From a virus (Duplodnaviria > Heunggongvirae > Uroviricota > Caudoviricetes), in IMG/VR virus record IMGVR_UViG_3300046557_000835: a stretch of 64,000 bases of DNA. One strand, given 5' to 3'. The notes under the pieces were generated by a model. That model was not told the origin of the DNA, ran no database searches, and saw nothing but the letters and a program-made list of their open reading frames with translations. Both the position numbers and the translations under genes were made by a program. Positions within the stretch are counted from its first letter, which is position 1. Every line of letters starts with the position of its first letter. Positions 44,801 through 53,234 of the stretch are shown here, in pieces.

Positions 44801-45174
44801 TCTGCGATGTTTTTGTTGTAACCGTTTTCTTTGTCCTGGATCTGGCTGATCAATTCTGCGACGGCCAGTTGCACGGCAGTGGACATGGGTTTGTCCACGT
44901 CGGCGGTGTTGTCAATCCGATCGATCCCGAGATTCTTGCGACCCCAGCCTTGTTGGTTGGTGTCGTATTGGCGGGTGTCATCTAACATCAGCACGTTCGC
45001 CAGATTCGGCAAGGCGGCCTCGACGCGTAACTGGGCCAGACGCACTTGCTTAGCCAGCGTCGGGATCGGACCACTGATGGTGTCCACGTACGTGTCTTCA
45101 TTGCCATTTACATATAGCCCAGCTTTCGCCATGCTGCTTTTGAAATTGACAATCAAATCGTCTAATTCAGACAT
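41809..45174 (-). CDS. long tail fibre protein (1121 aa) with internal tandem duplication and SNTGDETQ-type repeats
   Basis: Repeated short motifs of the form TGSNTGDETQATILNKLG. Two divergent copies of a ~200-aa unit begin at VNHTLYPSVQAVKTYADALVTGVIKDCGNWDAS and VNDQFYPTVKAVKTYVDGQIVGAVFDCGNWDAS. Confidence 0.75.
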   Translation of the reverse strand: MSELDDLIVNFKSSMAKAGLYVNGNEDTYVDTISGPIPTLAKQVRLAQLRVEAALPNLANVLMLDDTRQYDTNQQGWGRKNLGIDRIDNTADVDKPMSTAVQLAVAELISQIQDKENGYNKNIADGYPGYEGYKLWLLNTDGNAKGYFQHTSTADRTWDMPDKSGKVALLSDITGTNTGVNTGDETQTTLLNKLGVPALSGTNTGDFDSVVNYPSMAALPNTGVKKRVYILEDSGGLYFWNGTGYQTLSSVVVSTDSVNEGTNNKYFTQMRAIQSILAAYIAGSTGVVDTSDTVVNAISKLQTQISAAISDYTTKLTLKEVTGNKATDFTTVNHTLYPSVQAVKTYADALVTGVIKDCGNWDASVNQFPTAGGTGIAGAIKKGNLWYVSVAGTLGGVTVNIGDSFRAVVDNPGQTASNWAVLESNLGYVPYNASNPAGYISDITSQMVTDALSFIPLNATEKNAQNGVAGLSGYAVVMKSDDGAVASKLSNQATAARSWVMPDKDGVVALLSDVIAGSGSDETQETILAKLGATQVTGSNTGDQTIELTGDITGSGTGSFLTTITARAVSFAKMAQVATATLLGRSAAGSGDIEPLTAAQAKLLLGLDQVDNTSDANKPFTVSMTVALSSKESLSNKAVDFSVVNDQFYPTVKAVKTYVDGQIVGAVFDCGNWDASSGVYPSAGGTGPSGGIKKGNLFFISGAGVVGGISLSIGDSIRALVDNPGQVNTNWDTLETNIGYVPYNASNPAGYISGITGGMVTTALGYTPINPNTKDASGGVVGLTGYKFNIKNSAGTVTSTVESAATAARAYVMPDKSGTVAMTSDITGTNSGTNTGDETQATILNKLGATAVTGSNTGDETGTSIRSKLGVTTLSGSNTGDETQATILSKLTYTPLNKAGDSLTGALNYNVAASIVSAATVNLSTASSNVVEITGTTTITGITLADGQMRMVRFAAALTLTNSANLVIPTGANVTTAPGDWAVMVGRAGGVVHVSNYMRASGTPLFGNARDKVRNITANTATTTIDLNTGDEATVFKVTIAANTTITFTNPPPAPSGEIFNFTLITINDATAGRSMSFGNTIQWANKTLPPRTTTANAKDVWGFYVDGGVYAGALSIEDQG
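42690..43290. repeat. intragenic direct repeat unit 2 (about 65-70% nt identity to 43640..44250)
   Basis: Nucleotide blocks around 43000-43250 align with 43930-44190. They encode the duplicated fibre segment. Confidence 0.5.
43640..44250. repeat. intragenic direct repeat unit 1
   Basis: Partner of 42690..43290. Boundaries are approximate. Confidence 0.5.
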
Positions 45175-45198
45175 GCTTATTCCTTCAGTTGTTGGTGC

Positions 45199-45735
45199 TT
45201 ACCTGAACAGACCAGCAGCGTGGTTGTCGAGGAAATCGAAAAGGTCTGGGGCGGAGGCTGGGATACCGTAGAGCACATTGACTTGGGTATTGCCAAGCCA
45301 GACCAACGAGGTGTCTTTAGCGCTGAGCATGACCGGGGTGATTTCGCCAGTGGCGATGGGTGGGATAGTGACGTTCGTCACATCGTCCGCGGTCATCTGA
45401 GCATTTTTCGCAATATTGATTTTGCTCATCAAATCGTTCACGGTGAACGGGGCTTCTTGCCACACGTTGACCACACCCAATGCCGTCATACTCACCCGGG
45501 TGTAAAACAGATCCACTTGCCCGGTATAACCGCTGGCGGTGCCCCGAGCGCGCATGGTGGCACGTGTGTTGTACTCTGACGCCTGTTCCACCAACGGCGC
45601 GCCAACAGTTACCCGGTCTTGGGTCAAAGGGTAGGTCGGGTGGTTCCGCTCACTGACCATTTGAAGAATACGATCGGTGCTGGACATGATGGATTCCTTT
45701 GTATGCAACAAAAAAAGTAGCATCCCTACCCTCAC
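45199..45735 (-). CDS. fibre-cluster protein, VT(I/V)GAP family paralog 2
   Basis: 178 aa with VTVGAPLVEQASEYNTRATMRARGTASGYTGQVDLFYTRVSMTALG. Confidence 0.5.
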   Translation of the reverse strand: MRVGMLLFLLHTKESIMSSTDRILQMVSERNHPTYPLTQDRVTVGAPLVEQASEYNTRATMRARGTASGYTGQVDLFYTRVSMTALGVVNVWQEAPFTVNDLMSKINIAKNAQMTADDVTNVTIPPIATGEITPVMLSAKDTSLVWLGNTQVNVLYGIPASAPDLFDFLDNHAAGLFR

Positions 45736-45783
45736 TCGCCCGAGCAGGTAAGTAAGGATAGGGATGCTACTTTAGGTAAAAAG
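45722..45783 (-). terminator. rho-independent terminator (13-bp stem, long loop, T7 run)
   Basis: GTAGCATCCCTACC ... GGATAGGGATGCTAC. On the minus strand it is followed by TTTTTTTGTTGC. Confidence 0.5.
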
Positions 45784-45801
45784 AAAGGTGGGCGGCTAGA
45801 A

Positions 45802-46449
45802 TCAGCTCGACGCCATCGCCATGTCAAATGTCAGCGGGGCGGGTTCGTCCGACGTCACCACAATTTGCGGATCGTAGTAGAAACCATTCAACACTTCTTC
45901 ACCGCTCAACGCCTTTTCAGGATCGACTGGCAAGTAGAAACCATTCAAGATGTTTTGCGTCAAGAAGTCCGCAATCAAGATGGTGTCACCCAGACTGGTG
46001 AGGGTGAGCAAACCGCGGTAGATGTACGAACCCGGTTTGGCCCGCAGAGCGAAGTTGTACGGTACGGTGGCAGTCGGGTCAATCACCGGCAACGGATCGT
46101 CGAAGTAATCTTCCGGCAACAGATTCAGGCGATACGCCGCATTGATTTGCGGGATCAAGTCCTTGATCGATTGCGCACCTTCGATATTGAACTGCTTGCT
46201 ACGCTGGCCTGGGATGGTAGCCATGTCAACGCGGTTGTACGTCAGATCGCGACTTCCCGAATACACGCTACTCGGACGCGCTTTGATGGTGATCCCGGTG
46301 TTGCGGTTACCGACCAACAGCGCGGTGGCGGGTGAAAAGCTAATGTCCGCCAGCGTCAATGCGCTACCGTTGGCGAAGTTGATGAGATCAACCAGGATTT
46401 CCAATGGCGCTTTGGTAAAATCAGTTGCCATGGAGGCTCCTAAAAACAA
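45802..46449 (-). CDS. fibre-cluster protein, distant member of the same family (215 aa)
   Basis: SGSRDLTYNRVDMATIPG aligns with the YSG...YNRIPLT blocks of the paralogs. Confidence 0.5.
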   Translation of the reverse strand: MFLGASMATDFTKAPLEILVDLINFANGSALTLADISFSPATALLVGNRNTGITIKARPSSVYSGSRDLTYNRVDMATIPGQRSKQFNIEGAQSIKDLIPQINAAYRLNLLPEDYFDDPLPVIDPTATVPYNFALRAKPGSYIYRGLLTLTSLGDTILIADFLTQNILNGFYLPVDPEKALSGEEVLNGFYYDPQIVVTSDEPAPLTFDMAMASS

Positions 46450-46561
46450 GTGGGGAAAGAGGACAGCTAGTCGCTAACACACATGCATCAAGCTGTAAGG
46501 CATAAGATAAATATTTAGTTATTTAACGACCGCAGGGAATATCACTACTCCCTGGGTTACC

Positions 46562-47923
46562 TTACGCGTCAGGTACGTCATCGAGTGGTTTGACAAACAC
46601 ACTCAAGGTCATGTGGTTCACAAAACGTTCGGACGTGACGCCCACTTCACGCATGCTGGCGTACAAATGTGCACCTTGTAATACCCCGTATAACTCCTTG
46701 ACCTCGTCCCCATCCAAGTACATCACTCGGGCCGGCATGCCAGGATGGATTAGGGTATGGTCAGCATTTTCCCACACTAGGTTAATGCCGCTACCTTGGC
46801 GGGCCGTGAGTGCCGAATACTCCACGTACGGGTTGGCGTTGATGCCGCGCAGCGCCGTGGTCACGTAGTTAACATTGTTGGGACGTTTGTCACCTACGAT
46901 CTCGGTATTGTTCTTAGCCCGTGCCGCTTGCGCCTTGTTACCCTTGACGGTCACAAAGTCTTGCATCATCTTCGACGCATCGGCAAACCGCACTCCGTTA
47001 CCGGCATTTAGTTGGGCCAAATTGCTGAGGTCTCGGAACTTCGCGTCACCGGTGGCGAGCACCACAAGATTGTCACCGTCCTTGCGGTAAGTGCGTTCAA
47101 TCCCCGGCAAACGATTGGGTGGCACGTTGATGATGGTGAGTGTCGGGTCCCCATCGTTGAACCGGGTGTTGTCATACACCGGGAACACGTACCAGTGGTC
47201 GTCTTGCAGATAGTAACCTAAGCCTGCCGAATACAACCCACCGCAGTGGTAATGCACATGGTGCGGCACTTCCACCAGCTGGAGGTTGTGGGGGAGAATG
47301 ATGGCGTCCCGTTTCTTTTGGTTCGATGCCGGGATCATGCTTACCCCTTTGACTTTTCGCTCTTCATCGACATCCACCGACTTCGAGCTTTTCGTCAATA
47401 CCGCTTTGACCACATCTTCCCCGGTCATGTTGCGATAAATTCCCCCTACCGGTGTTACCCGGATCTGTTCCAGCGACTTGTTCAGCAACTGGAACTTCAC
47501 CGTCGGGATGTCCATGCGGTTCAAGTCTTCTTCGGAACTGATGTTCCCAATCGCGCTTTCAACAATCGGGTTCCCAGTGTCAATCATGACCGCCGTGTAC
47601 CGCTCGACCTGAGTGGCTTCATCCAGATCTACCGTGTCACTGGTTTCCCCGATATTGAGCCGCTTCAGTTCGATCTCGACATTGTTCATGTTCGGATAGA
47701 GCCGCTTGGCGTACGTGCCGAGTGGGATACGTACATCTACCAGAGCGTAATCCGTAAAGTTGTTCAGATAGTCCCGGTTGATGTCAATCGAAACAATCTT
47801 GAACGGTTTGATTTCTTCATCACCGGCAAAGATGGTGATACCCCACACTTGATGCACGGGCTTATCACCAGCTTGGATGATGCTTTCCACCTCACGCCAA
47901 AGTGATGTGTTTTCGATGTCCAT
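46562..47923 (-). CDS. virion structural protein (453 aa)
   Basis: ORF in the structural module. Function unrecognised. Confidence 0.55.
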   Translation of the reverse strand: MDIENTSLWREVESIIQAGDKPVHQVWGITIFAGDEEIKPFKIVSIDINRDYLNNFTDYALVDVRIPLGTYAKRLYPNMNNVEIELKRLNIGETSDTVDLDEATQVERYTAVMIDTGNPIVESAIGNISSEEDLNRMDIPTVKFQLLNKSLEQIRVTPVGGIYRNMTGEDVVKAVLTKSSKSVDVDEERKVKGVSMIPASNQKKRDAIILPHNLQLVEVPHHVHYHCGGLYSAGLGYYLQDDHWYVFPVYDNTRFNDGDPTLTIINVPPNRLPGIERTYRKDGDNLVVLATGDAKFRDLSNLAQLNAGNGVRFADASKMMQDFVTVKGNKAQAARAKNNTEIVGDKRPNNVNYVTTALRGINANPYVEYSALTARQGSGINLVWENADHTLIHPGMPARVMYLDGDEVKELYGVLQGAHLYASMREVGVTSERFVNHMTLSVFVKPLDDVPDA

Positions 47924-47932
47924 ATGCCCTCA

Positions 47933-48643
47933 TTAATTCCACTGGGTACCGAGCTTTTTGCGGTCTTCAAAGAGTTGAGCCAGACTGATCCGCTTCGGCA
48001 AGTTCGGGTCTTCGACGATCGGGTCGAGTTGCACCATGCCGTTTTCTACCACTGGCTCGACGGGTGGTAAGTTCTCAGCGGTGCCATAACTGCGACCCAC
48101 CGACGAGTTACCCGGCAACGTCACCTTTTCTTCGGTACCACCCACCTTGCCAGCACGGGTCAATTCTGCCAACCGCGCAAACGGGTCACGGGCCTTGGCG
48201 CGCCGCGCATAGCCGGCGTGTTGCAGGTTACTCTTCAAACCGTGCCGCGCGTGCTGGAACACCGCATCCGCGAAGTTATCCAGTCGGATGAGTTCGTCCA
48301 TGGTCTTCGGATCGGGTTTGAAGTTCTCCGAATCGATTTGGGCTTCCTTCATTCGCATCAAGTGGTTGTTGACAAGACGATAGACTTCTTCGCAGTCTTC
48401 CCGCTTGACGAGTTTGATAGGGTGACCGTCGGCGTAGTGCGCTTCCATCCGCGCGATGGACCACATCACCACATGTTCATTCTTGTCGAGCTCACGGTCG
48501 TAGTCCTCGTTACCGGTGGTCGGCGTGCCGTAGAGTTTGATCTCTTCGGCTGTACGGGCATGTAGCGGATTGATCCTGACTTGGAACAGTTTGTTAAAGA
48601 GGTACCAGACGGTGGTGCGCTGGTGTTCAGGTATCCACCCCAT
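47933..48643 (-). CDS. hypothetical protein (236 aa)
   Basis: ORF. It overlaps the stop of the upstream gene by 1 nt (TGATG). Confidence 0.55.
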   Translation of the reverse strand: MGWIPEHQRTTVWYLFNKLFQVRINPLHARTAEEIKLYGTPTTGNEDYDRELDKNEHVVMWSIARMEAHYADGHPIKLVKREDCEEVYRLVNNHLMRMKEAQIDSENFKPDPKTMDELIRLDNFADAVFQHARHGLKSNLQHAGYARRAKARDPFARLAELTRAGKVGGTEEKVTLPGNSSVGRSYGTAENLPPVEPVVENGMVQLDPIVEDPNLPKRISLAQLFEDRKKLGTQWN

Positions 48644-50010
48644 CAGATCCTCCCAATGGCGCTACGCACGATGGCCAGCAAGAATGGCATTTGGTAGAAC
48701 TGTTCCAGCGGCGCCCACGACGTGTAGCTGACGCAGAGTTGCAGCAGCAGTTTCATGTTGTACGCTTTGTCGTCCAGATAATGCTGGAAGGCGAGTTCCA
48801 GTGCTGATTGACCGAGACTGGCTTGGCTATAGAACTCGGGCGAAAACACGTACGTGTCGCGTTGGGTCGGGTTGATCGCTTTGGCGTCAAACGTCGGTAA
48901 ACCGTCGAAGTCGGTGATCTGGATCAAGTCCGTCAGTTCTACCAGCCTAGTCGGGGTGAGTTCCACCGGGTAGGATGCCAAAGTCTTGGTCAGGTCACGG
49001 CGGCGGTAGTCTTCCGATTTGACCGGGTCGATCGGATACACCACGTATTCCACGCCGGAGTAACGCACGCTGTTCAATACCGGATTGATCGAGAACTGTC
49101 GCACGCTGACCAAGCCCACGTTCTCCATCCCGCCAATCAATTCTTTCCGACGCTTGTTCTGCAACGCCGTCCAGATGTTGGGCGTGCTGTAGTTGTCGTC
49201 TTCCGACACATTCAGTTCGCGGATCTTGCGGATATTCGGATGGGGTTCATCACGGAACATCCCGAGCACAGCGTGGGTCAAGAACGGATCGTACACCGCG
49301 TATTCTTGGGCTGGCAAAATCAACGTCGCCAGGTTTTTGCTGTAGAAACGCGAGAAGTAAAAGTCCACCATCTCGCTGTAGTAACCCCGCAGCTTTTGCA
49401 TGATCACGTAGTCGCTGCTATGGATCAGTGCACGTTGGCCGTTGTCAGCCCGCCCGCGGTCGTAGTACAGGGTTTCTACCGTCTTCTGGGTCAAGTCCGC
49501 GGCACGTGAATCTTGGTCCGAGTACGCGATCAGCTTGTAGTCGACGATGAATGCACCGTCTTTGTAGATCGAGCGCTTTTCGGTATTCGTGATTTCAAAC
49601 ACCGCTTCACGCCCATCACCCACGTCCGCGATAAAGCAGTCACCTTCATTGGGTGTCAGTCCGCACGGATACACGTGTGCTTGCCCTGTGACCGAGAACT
49701 CTTTGGTGTTCTGGTCTTGGGTGGTATTGAGCGGCGTGGTGACTTTCAGTTCTAAACCGACAATTAGCTTGTACTGCTGGTAAGCTGCCGAGCGGTCCAA
49801 GTTTTGGCTCGACAAGGCATTGTCAGCACCCAGCACTTGGCTGTAGTAATTCACCGTCCACGACGCCCCTTCGACGTGCGTCAGGAGTGACGTGGCGGGA
49901 GTGTATCTAGAATCTACAGTGACCCCCCTATACTCAGGTGCGGTAATTTGTACCGGCACCGGTTTCTCTGGCGGGATTGCGCCAGGTGCGTCTTCTTCGA
50001 TAATCGGCAT
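48643..50010 (-). CDS. virion structural protein (455 aa)
   Basis: ORF. Confidence 0.55.
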   Translation of the reverse strand: MPIIEEDAPGAIPPEKPVPVQITAPEYRGVTVDSRYTPATSLLTHVEGASWTVNYYSQVLGADNALSSQNLDRSAAYQQYKLIVGLELKVTTPLNTTQDQNTKEFSVTGQAHVYPCGLTPNEGDCFIADVGDGREAVFEITNTEKRSIYKDGAFIVDYKLIAYSDQDSRAADLTQKTVETLYYDRGRADNGQRALIHSSDYVIMQKLRGYYSEMVDFYFSRFYSKNLATLILPAQEYAVYDPFLTHAVLGMFRDEPHPNIRKIRELNVSEDDNYSTPNIWTALQNKRRKELIGGMENVGLVSVRQFSINPVLNSVRYSGVEYVVYPIDPVKSEDYRRRDLTKTLASYPVELTPTRLVELTDLIQITDFDGLPTFDAKAINPTQRDTYVFSPEFYSQASLGQSALELAFQHYLDDKAYNMKLLLQLCVSYTSWAPLEQFYQMPFLLAIVRSAIGRI

Positions 50011-50028
50011 ACTTCTTCCCTATAAGCG

Positions 50029-51573
50029 TTATTGACGGTCCGTCTCCGCGAAAAGCGTCTGAACCGTGTACATCATGCCAGTCGGTCCTTGGACAAACGG
50101 AGCCTCGGCAGGACGCAAGTTTTGGATGGCCACAAGCAAGCTGGTCTTGGAGACAAAGTTGTCATCGATCAGGACCGGCAGGAAACCCCGCTGCTTCAGC
50201 GTCGGGTCAATCGCGAGCAGAATCATGATCGCCGCCCGGCCATGGTCTTGTAGACGTTGCAGTGCCCCACCTCGTAAACCTGATAGATTGGTGAACAGCG
50301 CAATCCGTAAGTGGTGCTGGACCCGGTAGTTCGTCGAGAGCTGCCCGATGACATTCAGATTCTCATCCACAATGAACGGGCTCGGATCGTGGTCAATCAA
50401 GAATTCGTTTTTGTAGAGCGAAATGTTGATCGCGCTCATACCGGGCTTTTGCACATAGTCCCGTTCGGCCCGGATGTACTCGATGATGTCCGGATGGAGC
50501 TGCTTGTTCTTGATGTCACCGATGTTCAAGAACGCCGTCGGGTTCTCTGGGTCGAGGGTGAACAACACCGTCAGCAAACGCCGGGTGTTGAGTGGTACCA
50601 TGCGTGGCCAGAACTCGTCGTAAGCGGGAATCGCGTAACCGAAGTCCTGACGTTGTTTCTCACTCCACAACGCGCCTTCAAACGAATTGAAGATGCGACT
50701 GGTCATCGAAAAAGCCTTCTCGATGTCATTGTGGTCTTCCGGCGGGCAGTCACGGAACTTTTTGTCGATCAGTTGGTTATGCACCACGATCGGATAGATC
50801 ATCTCGATCTCGGCCGGACGTGCGTAACGGAACTGGTAGTTGAACGACACTGTGTACGTCCCACCATCACCATCGCGGGTCGACTTCTCTGGGGCTTCCC
50901 CCCAATCGAACCAACCTTGGATACGGGTCTGCGTTTCAGGTACGGCCCAGAGTTTCGCGCTACCACTCAAGTTGGTGAGCAGCGTCATCTTTGGTGTGCG
51001 GTGGTCAGCAAAATACGTCTCGAAGTCTTCTCCGAACCCTGCCACGTTTTCACGCAGACGATGTAGTTCTTGCAAGATGTACAGACACTCGTCCGGAATA
51101 CCGAACGCGTAGCTCACGTTGTGCAGGTACAGTTCCCGCTTTTGGGTGATCCGCGACTTCACATAGTCCCGCCACTTGATGGCTTGGTTTTCGTTACTGG
51201 CACGGTACTTGATACTGATCGTTGCATCCATCTGTTTGTAGATGGGTTTCATGATGATCGAGAGCGGCGCATCTTGGAACACCAGCAAGTTCTCAGGACG
51301 CTCACATGCATCATTGGTCACCAGATCACTGTAGAAATTTTCCGATACTTCAATTGTGATTTTGTCATTGTGCGCAAAGGTATTCGGATCGTCTTTTTCC
51401 GATTCACCAATCGCAGAGTTAAGTTGTTTGCTACGTTCTAAATCGCCGAAATAGACAATGTTGGTTTTCTTGGAAATGCCGGTGAGAGTCATCAGCTGCC
51501 GCACGATGTCTAACATCACTGGGCGGGTTACGCTCTCAGTGGTCTCCGGAATGGGTAACTGAATCATTGGCAT
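50029..51573 (-). CDS. virion structural protein (514 aa)
   Basis: ORF. Confidence 0.55.
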   Translation of the reverse strand: MPMIQLPIPETTESVTRPVMLDIVRQLMTLTGISKKTNIVYFGDLERSKQLNSAIGESEKDDPNTFAHNDKITIEVSENFYSDLVTNDACERPENLLVFQDAPLSIIMKPIYKQMDATISIKYRASNENQAIKWRDYVKSRITQKRELYLHNVSYAFGIPDECLYILQELHRLRENVAGFGEDFETYFADHRTPKMTLLTNLSGSAKLWAVPETQTRIQGWFDWGEAPEKSTRDGDGGTYTVSFNYQFRYARPAEIEMIYPIVVHNQLIDKKFRDCPPEDHNDIEKAFSMTSRIFNSFEGALWSEKQRQDFGYAIPAYDEFWPRMVPLNTRRLLTVLFTLDPENPTAFLNIGDIKNKQLHPDIIEYIRAERDYVQKPGMSAINISLYKNEFLIDHDPSPFIVDENLNVIGQLSTNYRVQHHLRIALFTNLSGLRGGALQRLQDHGRAAIMILLAIDPTLKQRGFLPVLIDDNFVSKTSLLVAIQNLRPAEAPFVQGPTGMMYTVQTLFAETDRQ

Positions 51574-51610
51574 ATGGTGCCCCTGTTAAAAGCTCATAAC
51601 ATCCATTGTC

Positions 51611-51662
51611 GAGTTGACGGCATAAAAAGAGTCCTACCACCCCGTAGGGTGGCAGGGCTCTT
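51611..51662 (-). terminator. hairpin followed by U-run, then ATGCCGTC
   Basis: GAGCCCTGCCACCC-TACG-GGGTGGTAGGACTC on the minus strand (G-U wobbles allowed). On the minus strand it is followed by TTTTTATGCCGTCAAC. Confidence 0.45.
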
Positions 51663-51678
51663 TCTTCAGCACAGGTGC

Positions 51679-53133
51679 TTAGGAGGCGATGCCGCCACCG
51701 GTTGCTGCCGCCGACGAGGCGCCAGCCGAGATCGGCTTGAAGGTGCTCAGCGATTTGTCGACCAGGACCAGCGCGGAACGGCAGGTCTGGTAGAGCTTCT
51801 TGGTGACCGGCATGGTCAGCTCGGTCATCCAGCGGGTGAGGCTGGTGTTGAAGTTCATCAGCGACTTCATGACGTCCAGCGCGTAAGCGCGTTCCATCTT
51901 GCCGGCGTCGTCGTTGCCTTGCAGTTTGCCGACTTCCGAAGAAGCGTGGTTACCGCCATCCAGCAGGTCTTGACGGGTCTTCTCCAGCGCTTTGCCATCG
52001 GACGAGGATTCGAAGGCGATGATCTGTTTGACCAGACCTTCGACCGCCGTGAGGACTTGTTCCATCTCGGCGAAGGTCATCGTCGCAAACCCTTGGTTGT
52101 GGGTATTGATGAAACCACCGCCACCATGACGGGCTTCGATCCGCATACCACTGGAACGCAGCGCAGCCACGATCTGGGCATCGCTCAGATCCTTGGTCTT
52201 GTTTTTGTCCAGTTTCGACGGGATCACATCGAAGCAACCCAGGTAACCGGTCGGCGGGTTACCGGACCAGTTGGTGAAGTTGTTCTTTTGCAGACCCACG
52301 GCGACGGTCTTCAGTGCGGCAGCCGCGTTCTTCGGATCGTACTTCTTCAGTTCTGCCGCGACCTGGTCACCCATGGCCTTGCAGTCCTTCAGATAGTTGC
52401 CGAACGCGTATTTGGCCAGGTTCGACAGTTCGGTCAGCCCCTTGCCCAGTTCCTTGGCGTTGCGCACCATGTATTCCGGGTAGGAGACCGGGCCATGGCC
52501 GACGCTCAGGGTGACGGTCTCGACGGCCGGTGCCGCAGCGCCGGTACCGTACATCTTCTTCTTGGCCGCGACTTGTTCGCGCAGTTCTTTGACGCGTGCC
52601 AGCAGACGCGGGGCAGCGTGGAAGATCTTGCGGAAGAAGTCCTTGATGGTGTTCCAGATTTCCAGGCAGAACTGGCGGATGCGTGCCCAGATTTCGGCAG
52701 CGCGCTTGCGGATATCGTCGACGAACGATTCCAGCGACACGTTGCCTTCAACCACGTCGGCGGCGGACGGGATCACATCGTCCGGGTCACCGTCCGAACC
52801 AGCGACAGCCATCTCCGACGCGGTGTCGACGAGTTGGGCTTGTTGCGGGGTGATTTCTTCGGCACCTTCGAGGGTGTCGGCCACGTTCAGCATGACATCG
52901 GTGACGTCTTCGACACGGGTGGTTTCCGCCACATCCGCATCGGCTGTTTGTTGCAGCTCATCGGCTTCTTGCAAAGCCACGACTTCTTCTTCCAGCGATG
53001 GCACGAAGCGGCCGGTCAGGACCTGGTCAATCGTCATGCTCTCGATGGCGAGATTGGTGTTGATGCCTTCGTTGGCGGGCTTGGTAGCCGCCAGCGAGCT
53101 TGCACCGGGATTCTTTTGAAAACGACGCATCAC
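51679..53133 (-). CDS. virion internal/scaffold-like protein, paralog 1 (acidic N-terminus, Ala/Lys-rich C-terminus)
   Basis: 484 aa. It is paralogous to 53235..54680 (IWARIRQFCLEIWNTIKDFF versus LWGKIVEMFRSAVAAIVAVWNRLF). Confidence 0.55.
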   Translation of the reverse strand: MMRRFQKNPGASSLAATKPANEGINTNLAIESMTIDQVLTGRFVPSLEEEVVALQEADELQQTADADVAETTRVEDVTDVMLNVADTLEGAEEITPQQAQLVDTASEMAVAGSDGDPDDVIPSAADVVEGNVSLESFVDDIRKRAAEIWARIRQFCLEIWNTIKDFFRKIFHAAPRLLARVKELREQVAAKKKMYGTGAAAPAVETVTLSVGHGPVSYPEYMVRNAKELGKGLTELSNLAKYAFGNYLKDCKAMGDQVAAELKKYDPKNAAAALKTVAVGLQKNNFTNWSGNPPTGYLGCFDVIPSKLDKNKTKDLSDAQIVAALRSSGMRIEARHGGGGFINTHNQGFATMTFAEMEQVLTAVEGLVKQIIAFESSSDGKALEKTRQDLLDGGNHASSEVGKLQGNDDAGKMERAYALDVMKSLMNFNTSLTRWMTELTMPVTKKLYQTCRSALVLVDKSLSTFKPISAGASSAAATGGGIAS

Positions 53134-53165
53134 ATTTCCTTTTGCGTGAATGTGTTCGGTGGGAT

Positions 53166-53217
53166 GGAAAAAAAGAAGTAAACCCCTTCACCCTCTAGTA
53201 CATCGAGAGTGAAGGGG
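53166..53217 (-). terminator. rho-independent terminator (13-bp stem plus T7 run)
   Basis: CCCCTTCACCCTC ... GAGAGTGAAGGGG. On the minus strand it is followed by TTTACTTCTTTTTTTCC. Confidence 0.5.
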
Positions 53218-53234
53218 TGTTACCTGGCTTAGAC

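Noticed and set aside
51574-53181. 535-aa plus-strand ORF
   Set aside because: Antisense of 51679..53133, with the same shadow-frame composition.
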